Part shown: positions 20,133 through 29,386 of the stretch, piece after piece
How positions within the stretch are numbered: position 1 is the first letter of the stretch
Layout of the letters: the number at the start of each line of letters is the position of its first letter
Source of the DNA: an uncultured bacterium
Lineage (GTDB): Bacteria > Babelota > Babeliae > Babelales > RVW-14
Assembly (NCBI GenBank): GCA_903825355.1
Contig: CAIKAH010000002.1
Coordinates: 15,359 to 79,358 of the forward strand
Direction of reading: 5' to 3'
DNA length: 64,000 nucleotides
The notes under the pieces: model-generated
What the model was told of the DNA's origin: nothing
Seen by the model: only the letters and a program-made list of their open reading frames with translations
Database searches by the model: none
Position numbers and translations under genes: made by a program

Positions 20133-21287
20133 TTACCTAAACATGACTGGGGCACTAATAATGCCCTTTTTTTCGTAAGCAATTGCTCTGGTCTTGGCTT
20201 GGGCTAGTGCATCAAGAATGGTAGTTTTTTTGCTCGTCACGCCTTCGTCTTGTTCTCTAAATTCTAAGAAATAGACAGCTTTTTCTGCTAAGTCTCGTTC
20301 AATGCGTTCATAAAACGTCAATGGTAGAGATGCCCCGGCTAAATCAAGAAAGTAACAAAAGCGGTGGGTGAGAGACCACAGCAAATCGTCAAGATCATCC
20401 ATGTGTTTAATAATATTGTATTCTCCTAAGCGCTGCAGTCCTTGAGCAATAGTGGTAAACGATGACCAAACTCCCTCTGGATGCTGAGGGGGCCACATCA
20501 TTTTTCCTAGTGTTATATCATAAAAACGGATAACCATATGGCGGAGCCGTTCAATAAGTTCTTGTTTGGCTGCATCTTTTTTAACTTGCGAAATTTCGCT
20601 GTCGTAGTGTTGAGCTAGCTCTTGGGCTAAGTGTGAAACAAAGGTATCTGGTTCGCGCTTGAACAGGTCAACACTGCGCGTGAATTTGCCAAGGATCATG
20701 CTTTCGATCTGCTTTTTAATGAACTGCAGATCATTCTTTTCTGGCACATCACTGTATTCAGCAAAATACCGTTCTAAATGTTTTGGTGTAGCATCAAGCA
20801 GATTGAGTACTACATTGTCATCAACAATTTCAGCAGCTTTCATTTTGTTATAAAATAGACGCCATACAACGTACATTGCATCAGACCCAAGCTGCAGTTC
20901 GTTGCTAAAATCCATAAACTGAATAACATGCGTAGCATTTTGCGAAAGCTCCATGGCATACGATTTGTGATTATAGATCTTCGTGATAAAATTGACCAAT
21001 GAGGTATTGTATATTGCTGTTTTTGACATAGGCTCTGCAGGTTGTTCAGGTACTACCTTGTTGTTATCGTAGCTTTCCAGAAGGTTTTTAAGTGATGTTG
21101 CAGCAAAGGTTGCGGGAGACGCCTCACCAAGTACATCATTGGAATCTACAATACTTTGTAATGCACTGCTCGGGACTGTTTCCGCCGGGGTGGAAGCAGT
21201 GAGTATTGATACAAATGCAAAAACAGAAAGAGATGTAAGTACCCGTGAGGCGGGCATGATGGTTCTCATCGGTAGCGCCTTTCGCAT
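20133..21287 (-). CDS. Hypothetical secreted, mostly alpha-helical protein
   Basis: 384-aa ORF with hydrophobic leader. Confidence 0.7.
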   Translation of the reverse strand: MRKALPMRTIMPASRVLTSLSVFAFVSILTASTPAETVPSSALQSIVDSNDVLGEASPATFAATSLKNLLESYDNNKVVPEQPAEPMSKTAIYNTSLVNFITKIYNHKSYAMELSQNATHVIQFMDFSNELQLGSDAMYVVWRLFYNKMKAAEIVDDNVVLNLLDATPKHLERYFAEYSDVPEKNDLQFIKKQIESMILGKFTRSVDLFKREPDTFVSHLAQELAQHYDSEISQVKKDAAKQELIERLRHMVIRFYDITLGKMMWPPQHPEGVWSSFTTIAQGLQRLGEYNIIKHMDDLDDLLWSLTHRFCYFLDLAGASLPLTFYERIERDLAEKAVYFLEFREQDEGVTSKKTTILDALAQAKTRAIAYEKKGIISAPVMFR

Positions 21288-21420
21288 GAAAATTGGTTTA
21301 AAAAAATGATGGTTGTAAAGTAGTTGTTGAATGTGTCACAGTTCATAGCAAAGGTACAAAGGTTTTGGCAATACCTTGGTAAGATTAGCATACTTAGAGC
21401 CGTTATGGGAGTTAGATGTT

Positions 21421-22638
21421 ATGCCGCTGTATCAGTACGAATCATTAAATCGCCGAGGCGTTCGCGTTAAGGGTACGATAGACGCATCAACAATGCAAGT
21501 TGCAAAAGAGACGTTGCAGGGGCAAGGGCTTATGCCAATTTCATTGACTGAAGTTGGTGCAGAAGGGGGTGGCGGCTTTACCTTAGCACGCTTGTTTGAA
21601 AAGCCTATTGAGGCAAAAACGGTTATTCTTTTTACTAAACAGTTGGCTGTGCTCCTAAAATCTGGGGTGCCCCTCTTGCAGGCCATTGAGCTGCTTACCG
21701 AACAATTTGATGGCCGCTTTAGGCGCATGCTTATTGCTATTAAAGATGGCTTAAAGTCTGGTGAATCATTTGCCAAAGAGCTTGCGCGTTACCAAAAAGT
21801 ATTTCCTAATGTGTATATTCAGCTGGTTAAGGCTGGTGAAGCAAGTGGTAAGCTTGATTATATTTTGCTGCGATTAACTGATTATCTAGCGGGAACTGAA
21901 GAGACGAAAAAACAGATTAAAAAAGCCGTTCGCTACCCGATTGCCATGATGGGGGTTGCTCTAGCAGTTATTGTTGGCATGCTTACCAAGATGGTGCCAA
22001 GTATGCGCGGTATTTTTGATCAAGGTGGTAAGGCATTGCCGGGGCCAACGCAGTTCTTGGTCGATTGTTCTGATTTTATGTTAAATCACTATGTGGTACT
22101 TTCTGGAATCTTTTTTCTTTTAGCAGTTAGCTTTGTCTATTGGCGCTCAACGCCGCAGGGTAAGTATCAGCTTGATAGTTTATTTTTACGCTTTCCGCCG
22201 ACTGCCTATTTTTCACGCACCAAAGTGGTGGTACAGTTTAGCAAAACGCTTGGTATGCTGCTTGAGAGTGGCGTTAACTTGCCAGAGGCGCTTGATATTG
22301 TTTGTAATATTGTGGATAACAAAGTACTGACTGGCAAGCTGCGTGAAGCGCAAGACAAAATTATAAAAGAGGGTAAAATAGCTCGTTACTTAAAAGAGAC
22401 GGCCATTTTTCCTAACATTGCTAGCTACATGATTAGCACGGGTGAGCAGTCGGGGCAGCTAGCACAAATGCTTACTACCGTGGGCAATGATTATGATGTA
22501 GAACTGAAAGAATATACTGAGGCGCTCACGGGTGCGATTACCCCTGTGATGACCTTTATCTTAGTCGGTATTATCGGTTTTACCATGATGGCAATTATGT
22601 TGCCTATTATGAGTATGGGTGATTTAGCAGGATTATAG
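21421..22638 (+). CDS. gspF: Type II secretion / type IV pilus inner membrane platform protein (GspF/PilC)
   Basis: MPLYQY...G start, FTKQLAVLLKSGVPLLQA, GEASGKLD, GEQSGQL. Confidence 0.95.
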   Translation: MPLYQYESLNRRGVRVKGTIDASTMQVAKETLQGQGLMPISLTEVGAEGGGGFTLARLFEKPIEAKTVILFTKQLAVLLKSGVPLLQAIELLTEQFDGRFRRMLIAIKDGLKSGESFAKELARYQKVFPNVYIQLVKAGEASGKLDYILLRLTDYLAGTEETKKQIKKAVRYPIAMMGVALAVIVGMLTKMVPSMRGIFDQGGKALPGPTQFLVDCSDFMLNHYVVLSGIFFLLAVSFVYWRSTPQGKYQLDSLFLRFPPTAYFSRTKVVVQFSKTLGMLLESGVNLPEALDIVCNIVDNKVLTGKLREAQDKIIKEGKIARYLKETAIFPNIASYMISTGEQSGQLAQMLTTVGNDYDVELKEYTEALTGAITPVMTFILVGIIGFTMMAIMLPIMSMGDLAGL

Positions 22639-22662
22639 TTCATTTATTCAGAAGGGAATTAC

Positions 22663-23103
22663 ATGGAATTACGTGGTAAACAGGCATTTTCACTTATTGA
22701 AATGCTGCTTGTTGTTGGCTTGATTGTGCTGATCTTCAGCTTTATAGGTCCAAAGTTAGTGAAGATGTTTAGCAGGAGTGATAAAGCTGAAATTCAATTC
22801 AAAATGAGTAGTATCCAGTCAGCTTTGAATGACTATCGTATGGATTTTGGTACCTATCCATCCACGCGTGAAGGGTTGCAAGCACTGGTAGAAAATCCTC
22901 GTCCAAATGATGAAAAATATCAACGTGTGTACAGCAAAGGCGCGTATTTGAAAGAAAACGATATTGTAGATAAAGCAGGTAACGAAATTATTTACAACTG
23001 TCCGCCTGAAATAAACAAGGGTAAGTTTCATGCGTATGAGCTTGTTTACCTTGGCAAGACACAGTCTGAAGATGATCCAGATCGCTTAGATGTTGGTGCT
23101 TAG
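22663..23103 (+). CDS. gspG: Major pseudopilin GspG
   Basis: A|FSLIEMLLVV prepilin motif; ALNDYRMDFGTYPST..GLQALV T2SSG signature. Confidence 0.9.
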   Translation: MELRGKQAFSLIEMLLVVGLIVLIFSFIGPKLVKMFSRSDKAEIQFKMSSIQSALNDYRMDFGTYPSTREGLQALVENPRPNDEKYQRVYSKGAYLKENDIVDKAGNEIIYNCPPEINKGKFHAYELVYLGKTQSEDDPDRLDVGA

Positions 23104-23115
23104 TTAATAAAATCC

Positions 23116-23234
23116 CCGCTCTTCCTCCGCCTTGCAGGCTTCGTCCTTCGATCCAGCCGTCGCTCTTACGAGCTATGGCGGACAGGCAGGCTCCCTGGGC
23201 GCCGAAGCCTTGGCGTAGGAGGCAGGAGGAGCGG
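23116..23234. repeat. Composite palindromic element with CCGCTC/GAGCGG termini but a different interior
   Basis: CCGCTCTTCCT...GCCGTCGCTCTTACGAGCTATGGCGG...CGCCGAAGCCTTGGCG...AGGAGGAGCGG. Confidence 0.6.
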
Positions 23235-23263
23235 ACTTTGCTGGTTTTGTTAGTGTAATTTTT

Positions 23264-23920
23264 TTGGGTGTTATGAATCAAAAAATAGATGCGATTTGTT
23301 TCCCCTTCGCTCATCCTGAGCTTGTCGAAAAACAGAACGGTAGTTCTGAACGACGCCCCGTTAGGGGTGGAAGAGCGAAGCAAGCATTTACCTTAGTAGA
23401 AATGCTAGCCGTGATTTTTCTTGCTTCGTTGCTGTTGAGCATGATTTTGCCACTGCTTAATCGCCGGCAAAAGCCAGAAGAGTCATGGGAAACACTCCAT
23501 GAACAGCTAAACCAAATTGCTTCCTTTGCACGGCAAGAAGCGCTTATAAAGCGCAAGGTTTATCGCCTTGTATTTGAGCAGGTGCCAAACCGTGAAGGCA
23601 AAGTGTTTGTTGAGCAAGAGCAGCCCGATCCTGAGCACGCAGAGAAGAAAATGTATATTGCTACTAAGTCAGATTACCAGCTTACTTCTTTAACCCTGAC
23701 GCATGGCAGAACCATACGTGCTGTGTATGTTGGTCGGCAAAATGTGCTTGGGGACCAGGAAAAGCAAGCATACTGTTATGTCATACCCGATGGCATGATG
23801 CAACCAGTGGTGCTGCAGATTGCAAAAAAAGATAAATTTGGTGAAGAAGTTGTATCGTTTCAGTTAAACCCCTTTTTGGGAAGTTTTAATCGCCATGAAG
23901 GTAAGTTTAAACCTGAATAG
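23264..23920 (+). CDS. Minor pseudopilin (GspH-like) with palindromic element in its leader
   Basis: A|FTLVEMLAVI prepilin motif; position in operon after gspG. Confidence 0.8.
   Translation: MGVMNQKIDAICFPFAHPELVEKQNGSSERRPVRGGRAKQAFTLVEMLAVIFLASLLLSMILPLLNRRQKPEESWETLHEQLNQIASFARQEALIKRKVYRLVFEQVPNREGKVFVEQEQPDPEHAEKKMYIATKSDYQLTSLTLTHGRTIRAVYVGRQNVLGDQEKQAYCYVIPDGMMQPVVLQIAKKDKFGEEVVSFQLNPFLGSFNRHEGKFKPE
23305..23380 (-). repeat. Structured palindromic element, long variant, intragenic
   Basis: CTTCGCTC...CTGAGCTTGTCGAA...CAGAAC-ggta-GTTCTG...CCCC-gtta-GGGG...GAGCGAAG. Confidence 0.9.
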
Positions 23921-24320
23921 TCCGCATAGCGCGTTTACGCTTGTTGAAGTATTAATGATACTTGGTTTATTAACCCTTTGTATGGGCACTATTGCGCGCA
24001 TGCAAGTGCGCTCGCTTAATCGTCTTGAGCAGGATAAAGATGCTCTGCAAAAAATATACCTCGTGCGGCGTACTATGCTTGATGCGCTCAAAATACCAAA
24101 TGCCGACCGCCTGCGATTAGTAAAAAAAGAGTACCAAGATGGCGAGATAAAAGTAAAAACAACGCTGCATGATTTGAGTAAAAAATCAAAAATCAGTAGC
24201 TTTAGTAAAAACATGCGTATGCTTAGCACCCAAGCCTCTTGGCAATTACGCCCTGGGGATAAGCAGCAAGCACAGCTGGTTTATTTTATGTACTTACCAG
24301 CGGAAGAGAAGAAAAAATGA
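23895..24320 (+). CDS. Minor pseudopilin (GspI-like)
   Basis: A|FTLVEVLMIL prepilin motif; operon order. Confidence 0.75.
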   Translation: MKVSLNLNSPHSAFTLVEVLMILGLLTLCMGTIARMQVRSLNRLEQDKDALQKIYLVRRTMLDALKIPNADRLRLVKKEYQDGEIKVKTTLHDLSKKSKISSFSKNMRMLSTQASWQLRPGDKQQAQLVYFMYLPAEEKKK

Positions 24321-25315
24321 TGAAGCGGGTTGCTGGTTTTACCCTGATCGAAATGCTCCTTGCAGCTGCGCTTGCAAGTATTTTGCTCTACGGTCTTATG
24401 CGCGCATTTTCTTCCGTTACCAAATACGTTGATATACTGCGCCAAACCGCTACGTTGCAGCGCACCATCGGGCTTACCTTTTACCAACTGCGTACAGACC
24501 TAAGCGCTGCCTTTGTGCCTGCCGTACTGCACCACGATGAAACTAAAGAAGAAAAAGAAAAACGAAAAAAAGAAGAAGATCAGCTTTCGCCCGAGAAAAA
24601 AGAAGCCGCTGCAAAAGAGCAGTTTAAGTCCTTTTTTTTACTTTCTATAGATGAACACAGTGATGCAGTAAAAGTAGAGGGTGCACGGCGGTATCGGTTT
24701 AAACAACTGAGCTTTGTTACCACTAACCCTTTGCATGTGTATGCGCAAAAGCAGCCCTGTTTAGTCCGTATTGCTTACGAGTTACAGCTTAATAAAAAAA
24801 GTTCAACCAGGGAGCGAGAAGTATTTTCACTCATACGCAAAGAAGCTGCAGATATTATGAATGGAGAGCTAAAAGAGGCGCAACAAGATAAAGACACTAC
24901 TAGGGTAAAAGTGCAGCAGTATGTGGTTGCTGATAATCTGCGTGGAGCATACATGGAATGTGAACTATTTAAGCGCGATATTCCCCGCAAAAAAGAGGAT
25001 GAAGATAAAGAGTTTCCTGAGGGGGAAACATTGCAAAGCACAACCTGGGGCACCAAAGAAAACCTGCAAGGCATTGTACCCCGTACGGTAACGTGCTGGC
25101 TTGATTGTTGGCAGGGTGATAGTGCTAACTCTGTTGTTGTTTGTGAAGTGATTGAAATTAAATCCTATCCAACACAGCATCCTAAACCAGAAGAAAACAA
25201 ACAATCTGCTGCGCAGGCTCCGGTAGATGCCAATCAAACTGCACAGCCCGTCCCCGATGGGCAACAACCAGGGCTACAAGTTCAACAGCAACTAGCGCCT
25301 GTGGTGGGCCCATGA
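24317..25315 (+). CDS. Minor pseudopilin (GspJ-like)
   Basis: G|FTLIEMLLAA prepilin motif; operon order. Confidence 0.8.
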   Translation: MMKRVAGFTLIEMLLAAALASILLYGLMRAFSSVTKYVDILRQTATLQRTIGLTFYQLRTDLSAAFVPAVLHHDETKEEKEKRKKEEDQLSPEKKEAAAKEQFKSFFLLSIDEHSDAVKVEGARRYRFKQLSFVTTNPLHVYAQKQPCLVRIAYELQLNKKSSTREREVFSLIRKEAADIMNGELKEAQQDKDTTRVKVQQYVVADNLRGAYMECELFKRDIPRKKEDEDKEFPEGETLQSTTWGTKENLQGIVPRTVTCWLDCWQGDSANSVVVCEVIEIKSYPTQHPKPEENKQSAAQAPVDANQTAQPVPDGQQPGLQVQQQLAPVVGP

Positions 25316-26430
25316 TGATGAATAAACGTTCAGGATCAGTTGTATTATACGCATTGATGGTGCTTGCCGCCATGCTGTTTTTAGTGCAGGGCATTATCAA
25401 AGGGGTGTTTATCAATAACCGCTTTACCGCAAATATGTTGGCTCGCGAGCAGGCAGAATTATTGGCGTACAGTGGTATTGAGCTTGCACGAGCGCAATTG
25501 ATGCTTGCTGATGATGCCGAAGAAGGAGCATCAACTGAGAGTGCTGACGAGCAAAAAAAACCTGATGAAGCTAAAAAAGCAAAGGGGATGCTCAAACGTG
25601 TGCTGCCACATTTAAACCGGTGGCAGACCTGTAAACTGAACAACAAGACTGATCAAGTTGATGGAACCATAACTTTTTGCATTTCTTCTGAAAACGGCAA
25701 GCTTAACATTAATGAAGTGTTTAATTTTGAACAAATGGCTTTTAAGAAACCGTTTGATGACATCATTAAAAAACTTGAAATTAAACCAACGCTCAAACAA
25801 GGGGAGGTTCATGACCGGTTGGTAGAGTTTTTCAAGAAGCATAAAAAACGGTTGTATGATGTTTCAGAATTATTGTTGGTACCAGGGTTACAGTCACTGG
25901 ATATTTTTTACAGTCCACCACCAGCGCCAGCAAAGGGCAAGCCAAGCGTAGCAAATGTTAATGTGACCTTGCTGGATGTGTTTACGGTGTGGACCCCTGA
26001 CGACAAAATTAATCCGTTATGGTTTTCTGACAGCTGGTGTGGCATTCTTGGGTTACGTCGTCCGCATGCCGATGATGCTGAAAAACAAAAAGAGGTTTTT
26101 AAAAAAGTTATCGAGCAGTGCAAGCCAGAAGCGCAAACAGATTGGGATAATCAGTGGTCTATACTGGAGCCGATGTACGGTCAGAAACCTAAAATAATAA
26201 GCGCGATAAAAGAAAATTTTCCTAAAGAATTTGGGAGCACGGTTTATTCTGTGCTATCTTGTGGAAAAGTTGAAGAAGTGGAGTGTAAGCTCCTTGCCAT
26301 TTTGCAGTTGCAAACTGTCCCTGAGAAAAAGACAGAAAAGCCGAAAGATAAAGCACAAAATGAAGTCAAGTCAGAGCCAGGTGTGCAGCCGAAAAAAGAG
26401 CTCAAAATACTCAGAATATATTGGCTGTGA
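25312..26430 (+). CDS. Minor pseudopilin GspK-like
   Basis: G|SVVLYAL leader lacking Glu+5 as in GspK; ISSENGKLNINE motif; DVSELLLVPGL. Confidence 0.8.
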   Translation: MMMNKRSGSVVLYALMVLAAMLFLVQGIIKGVFINNRFTANMLAREQAELLAYSGIELARAQLMLADDAEEGASTESADEQKKPDEAKKAKGMLKRVLPHLNRWQTCKLNNKTDQVDGTITFCISSENGKLNINEVFNFEQMAFKKPFDDIIKKLEIKPTLKQGEVHDRLVEFFKKHKKRLYDVSELLLVPGLQSLDIFYSPPPAPAKGKPSVANVNVTLLDVFTVWTPDDKINPLWFSDSWCGILGLRRPHADDAEKQKEVFKKVIEQCKPEAQTDWDNQWSILEPMYGQKPKIISAIKENFPKEFGSTVYSVLSCGKVEEVECKLLAILQLQTVPEKKTEKPKDKAQNEVKSEPGVQPKKELKILRIYWL

Positions 26431-26451
26431 TAAGCAGCGCGAGGTGTTATT

Positions 26452-27990
26452 GTGAAGCTTGAGACTAAAGTTGGTTTTTTTATCCTCGCGGCTGTCGGGG
26501 TGTTTTTGTATTTAAGTATCAATATTCGTGCCTTGCGTCTTGATAAAGATCGCTACAATGAGTACAAGGCATATTTTGATGATACATCGGGCCTCAATAA
26601 AAAGGCTCCCGTCAAAATTGCTGGTGTCGATGTTGGCTGGGTAGAGCAAATCAGCTTGCTCAGCGATGGTAAAGCAGAAGTGATAATGCTTATTGATAAG
26701 CATATTCGGTTGGCAAAAAATGCTCATGCCATGATTCACCAAGATGGCTTGATTGGGGTCAAGACATTGGAAATTGACCCCGGCGACCCGTCAACGGGAG
26801 TGATGCTTGCTGGTAGTACTCTTGCTATGCCAGGCAAAAGCCCTGCAACGGTTGGAGAACTACTTGATAATGTGAGGGATATTACAGCAACTATTCAGGA
26901 TATCACAACGTCATTTAAAAGTGTCTTTGCCTCACGGCGTGGTGAAGAGCAGATGCGTACTACGCTTGATGCCGTTTCTAAAGCGTCTGCCCGTATTGCC
27001 GATTTTTCTGAAGTGCTAGAGCGAACCATTAAAATTAACGAATCGCGTATTAATCAAATTGTTACCAATTTAAATGCAACCATTGCTGATTTTCAAAAAG
27101 AGCAGGTGGCTGCAAAAGTTTCTAACACCCTCAGCAAAGCTTCTGATGCTATGGAAAACTTCTCAGACGCGTCTATCCAAGGGCGTGAAACGCTACGCAG
27201 CGCTGGTGAAGTGGTTGATAAGATTAATACCGGTAAAGGCGTGATAGGCAAGCTCATTAATGAAGATGAAACCTATACCGACTTGAAAAAGACGATCCGT
27301 GGCCTTAAAGATTATATCAACAAAACACAATCACTTATGCTCAGTGTTGATATGCATAGTGAATCGATGCTGCGCAACACCAATAGCAAAGGGTATTGTG
27401 AGCTGCGTCTGCGTCCAAGTGCTGACTACTTCTATCAAATCCAATTGGTTACCGATGAGCAAGGTAGTGTCAGCCGTGAGCGCGTACGGCAAACGTATTT
27501 TGATGCAAGTGGCGTGGAGCTTAAGCCTGCTACGCTTACCAATGTGCCAGCATGGGCACGGCTTGAATATGCGCAAGACAAAGAGCGTGTTATTCAGCGT
27601 AAAAATGACATCATGTTTGGCCTCCAGTTTGGTAAGCGCTTTGACCGTCTTGCTTTCCGTGTTGGTATGTTTGAAAATGCTTTTGGTGGCGCTGTTGATT
27701 GGTATGTTCCGCTGCAGACAGATTCGTTTCATTGGATTACTTCGCTTGAAGCGTTTGATTTTAGCGGTTATAAGCGCTTTGATACTACTGATCACCGTCC
27801 GCATGTGAAGTGGATTAATAAAGCGTTCTTCATGAAGAATATTTACACCTGCTTTGGCCTTGATGACATTTATGGCAAGCGTGGTGCTAACCCATTCTGG
27901 GGCGGCGGCCTACGCTTTAATGATGATGATTTGAAATACTTTTTGTCTTCATTAAGTGGCGCTGCTAAATCAAGTGCTGGAGGCCGGTAG
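26452..27990 (+). CDS. MCE/MlaD family protein, long form with helical middle and beta-rich C-terminus
   Basis: N-terminal TM; FDDTSGLNKKAPVKIAGVDVGWV; IHQDGLIGVKTLEIDPG. Confidence 0.9.
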   Translation: MKLETKVGFFILAAVGVFLYLSINIRALRLDKDRYNEYKAYFDDTSGLNKKAPVKIAGVDVGWVEQISLLSDGKAEVIMLIDKHIRLAKNAHAMIHQDGLIGVKTLEIDPGDPSTGVMLAGSTLAMPGKSPATVGELLDNVRDITATIQDITTSFKSVFASRRGEEQMRTTLDAVSKASARIADFSEVLERTIKINESRINQIVTNLNATIADFQKEQVAAKVSNTLSKASDAMENFSDASIQGRETLRSAGEVVDKINTGKGVIGKLINEDETYTDLKKTIRGLKDYINKTQSLMLSVDMHSESMLRNTNSKGYCELRLRPSADYFYQIQLVTDEQGSVSRERVRQTYFDASGVELKPATLTNVPAWARLEYAQDKERVIQRKNDIMFGLQFGKRFDRLAFRVGMFENAFGGAVDWYVPLQTDSFHWITSLEAFDFSGYKRFDTTDHRPHVKWINKAFFMKNIYTCFGLDDIYGKRGANPFWGGGLRFNDDDLKYFLSSLSGAAKSSAGGR

Positions 27991-29192
27991 TGATTTACCG
28001 CGAAGCAGAAAGACAAATACTGAAGCGGGCAAAATATAACCCCGTTATTTTTGTAACGGGGCCCCGACAGTGTGGCAAAACAACACTGGTTAAAAATGTT
28101 TTTCCTCATTATGCATACGTAAACTTAGAAGAAGATGAGGTGCGCCAGCGTATTGAATCAGATCCGTATGCATTTTTTGCAGAAGTAGAAAAAGGGTCGG
28201 GAGTGATTATTGATGAGTTTCAATATCTACCTGGCATTACTTCACGCATAAAAGTGATTCTTGACGAAATGATAGGCAAGCGAGATCACCCATTAGGCTT
28301 CTATATCTTAACTGGTTCGCAAAATTTTCTCATGATGGAACAGGTTACACAGACGTTGGTGGGAAGAGCCGCGTTGGTTGAGATGTTGCCATTATCGCTC
28401 AGTGAAGCCAAACCAACAGATGCTCTTGAAGAGGTATTGTTCAGGGGGCTATATCCTCGGCCCTTCGGCTATAAAACCGATTATGATGAAATTTTCCAAT
28501 GGGCCAACGCCTATGTTTCTTTTTATCTTGAGCGTGATGCCAGAGCATTAAGAAAAGAAATTAATATTTCTTTGTTTTATAAGTTTATTAAGCTCTTGGC
28601 TGGTCGTGTTGGCCAAGTACTTAATATCAACGCCCTGGCAACTGATTGTGGTATCGACACCAAGACGGCGCATGATTGGCTTGGCGTTTTAGAAGCATGC
28701 TTTGTCATAGTATTGATCCAACCATTTTATAATAATTTTAGTCGACGGCTTATTAAGTCGCCCAAAATCTATTTTGTCGACACGGCACTGGTCTGTTTTC
28801 TTTTAGGCATCACTACCCCAGCTGAGGTGCTTGCCAACAAGCTCTACGGAGCTCTGTTTGAAAACATGATCATCATGGAGCAAATCAAAGCAAGGACAAA
28901 TGTTGGCAGAGATAATAATGTCTATTTTTGGCGCGATGAAAAGCAGCATGAACTTGATATGCTCCTTCATTACGCGAACCATCTGCGAGCAGTAGAGGTC
29001 AAAGCAACCAAAACAATAAAAGCTTCACTGGCAGATAATATTTCGCAGTGGGCTGCATCAGTTAAAGAACATACCGAAACAGAGCGCTATGTTATTTATG
29101 GTGGCGAAGAGGATACGGTTGTCGATGGTGTTGCCTGGGCAAGCTGGCGTCGTTGTTGGTTAGTTAACCAAGACGCTTCTCCGCAGCACTAA
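27990..29192 (+). CDS. AAA_14 ATPase with DUF4143 domain
   Basis: GPRQCGKTT, IIDEFQ, LTGSQN, IKSPKIYFVDT, FWRD...ELD. Confidence 0.9.
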   Translation: MIYREAERQILKRAKYNPVIFVTGPRQCGKTTLVKNVFPHYAYVNLEEDEVRQRIESDPYAFFAEVEKGSGVIIDEFQYLPGITSRIKVILDEMIGKRDHPLGFYILTGSQNFLMMEQVTQTLVGRAALVEMLPLSLSEAKPTDALEEVLFRGLYPRPFGYKTDYDEIFQWANAYVSFYLERDARALRKEINISLFYKFIKLLAGRVGQVLNINALATDCGIDTKTAHDWLGVLEACFVIVLIQPFYNNFSRRLIKSPKIYFVDTALVCFLLGITTPAEVLANKLYGALFENMIIMEQIKARTNVGRDNNVYFWRDEKQHELDMLLHYANHLRAVEVKATKTIKASLADNISQWAASVKEHTETERYVIYGGEEDTVVDGVAWASWRRCWLVNQDASPQH

Positions 29193-29293
29193 CCATTTTT
29201 TCTTGTTTGTTCCTATCTTCTTGTAATGAGTAACTGCTTTTTGTTACGTCATGGTACAGATCTCATTTAAAAGTATAAGAAGTATTTACACAA

Positions 29294-29366
29294 CCGCTCC
29301 TCCTGAGCCTGTCGAAAAACAGAACGTAAGTTCTGAACGATGCCTCCGTAGGAGGTAGAAGAGCGG
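29294..29366 (-). repeat. Structured palindromic element, long variant
   Basis: CCGCTCCTCCTGAGCCTGTCGAA...CAGAAC-gtaa-GTTCTG...CCTCC-gta-GGAGG...GAGCGG. Confidence 0.9.
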
Positions 29367-29386
29367 CAACAACTATTAGGAATTTC

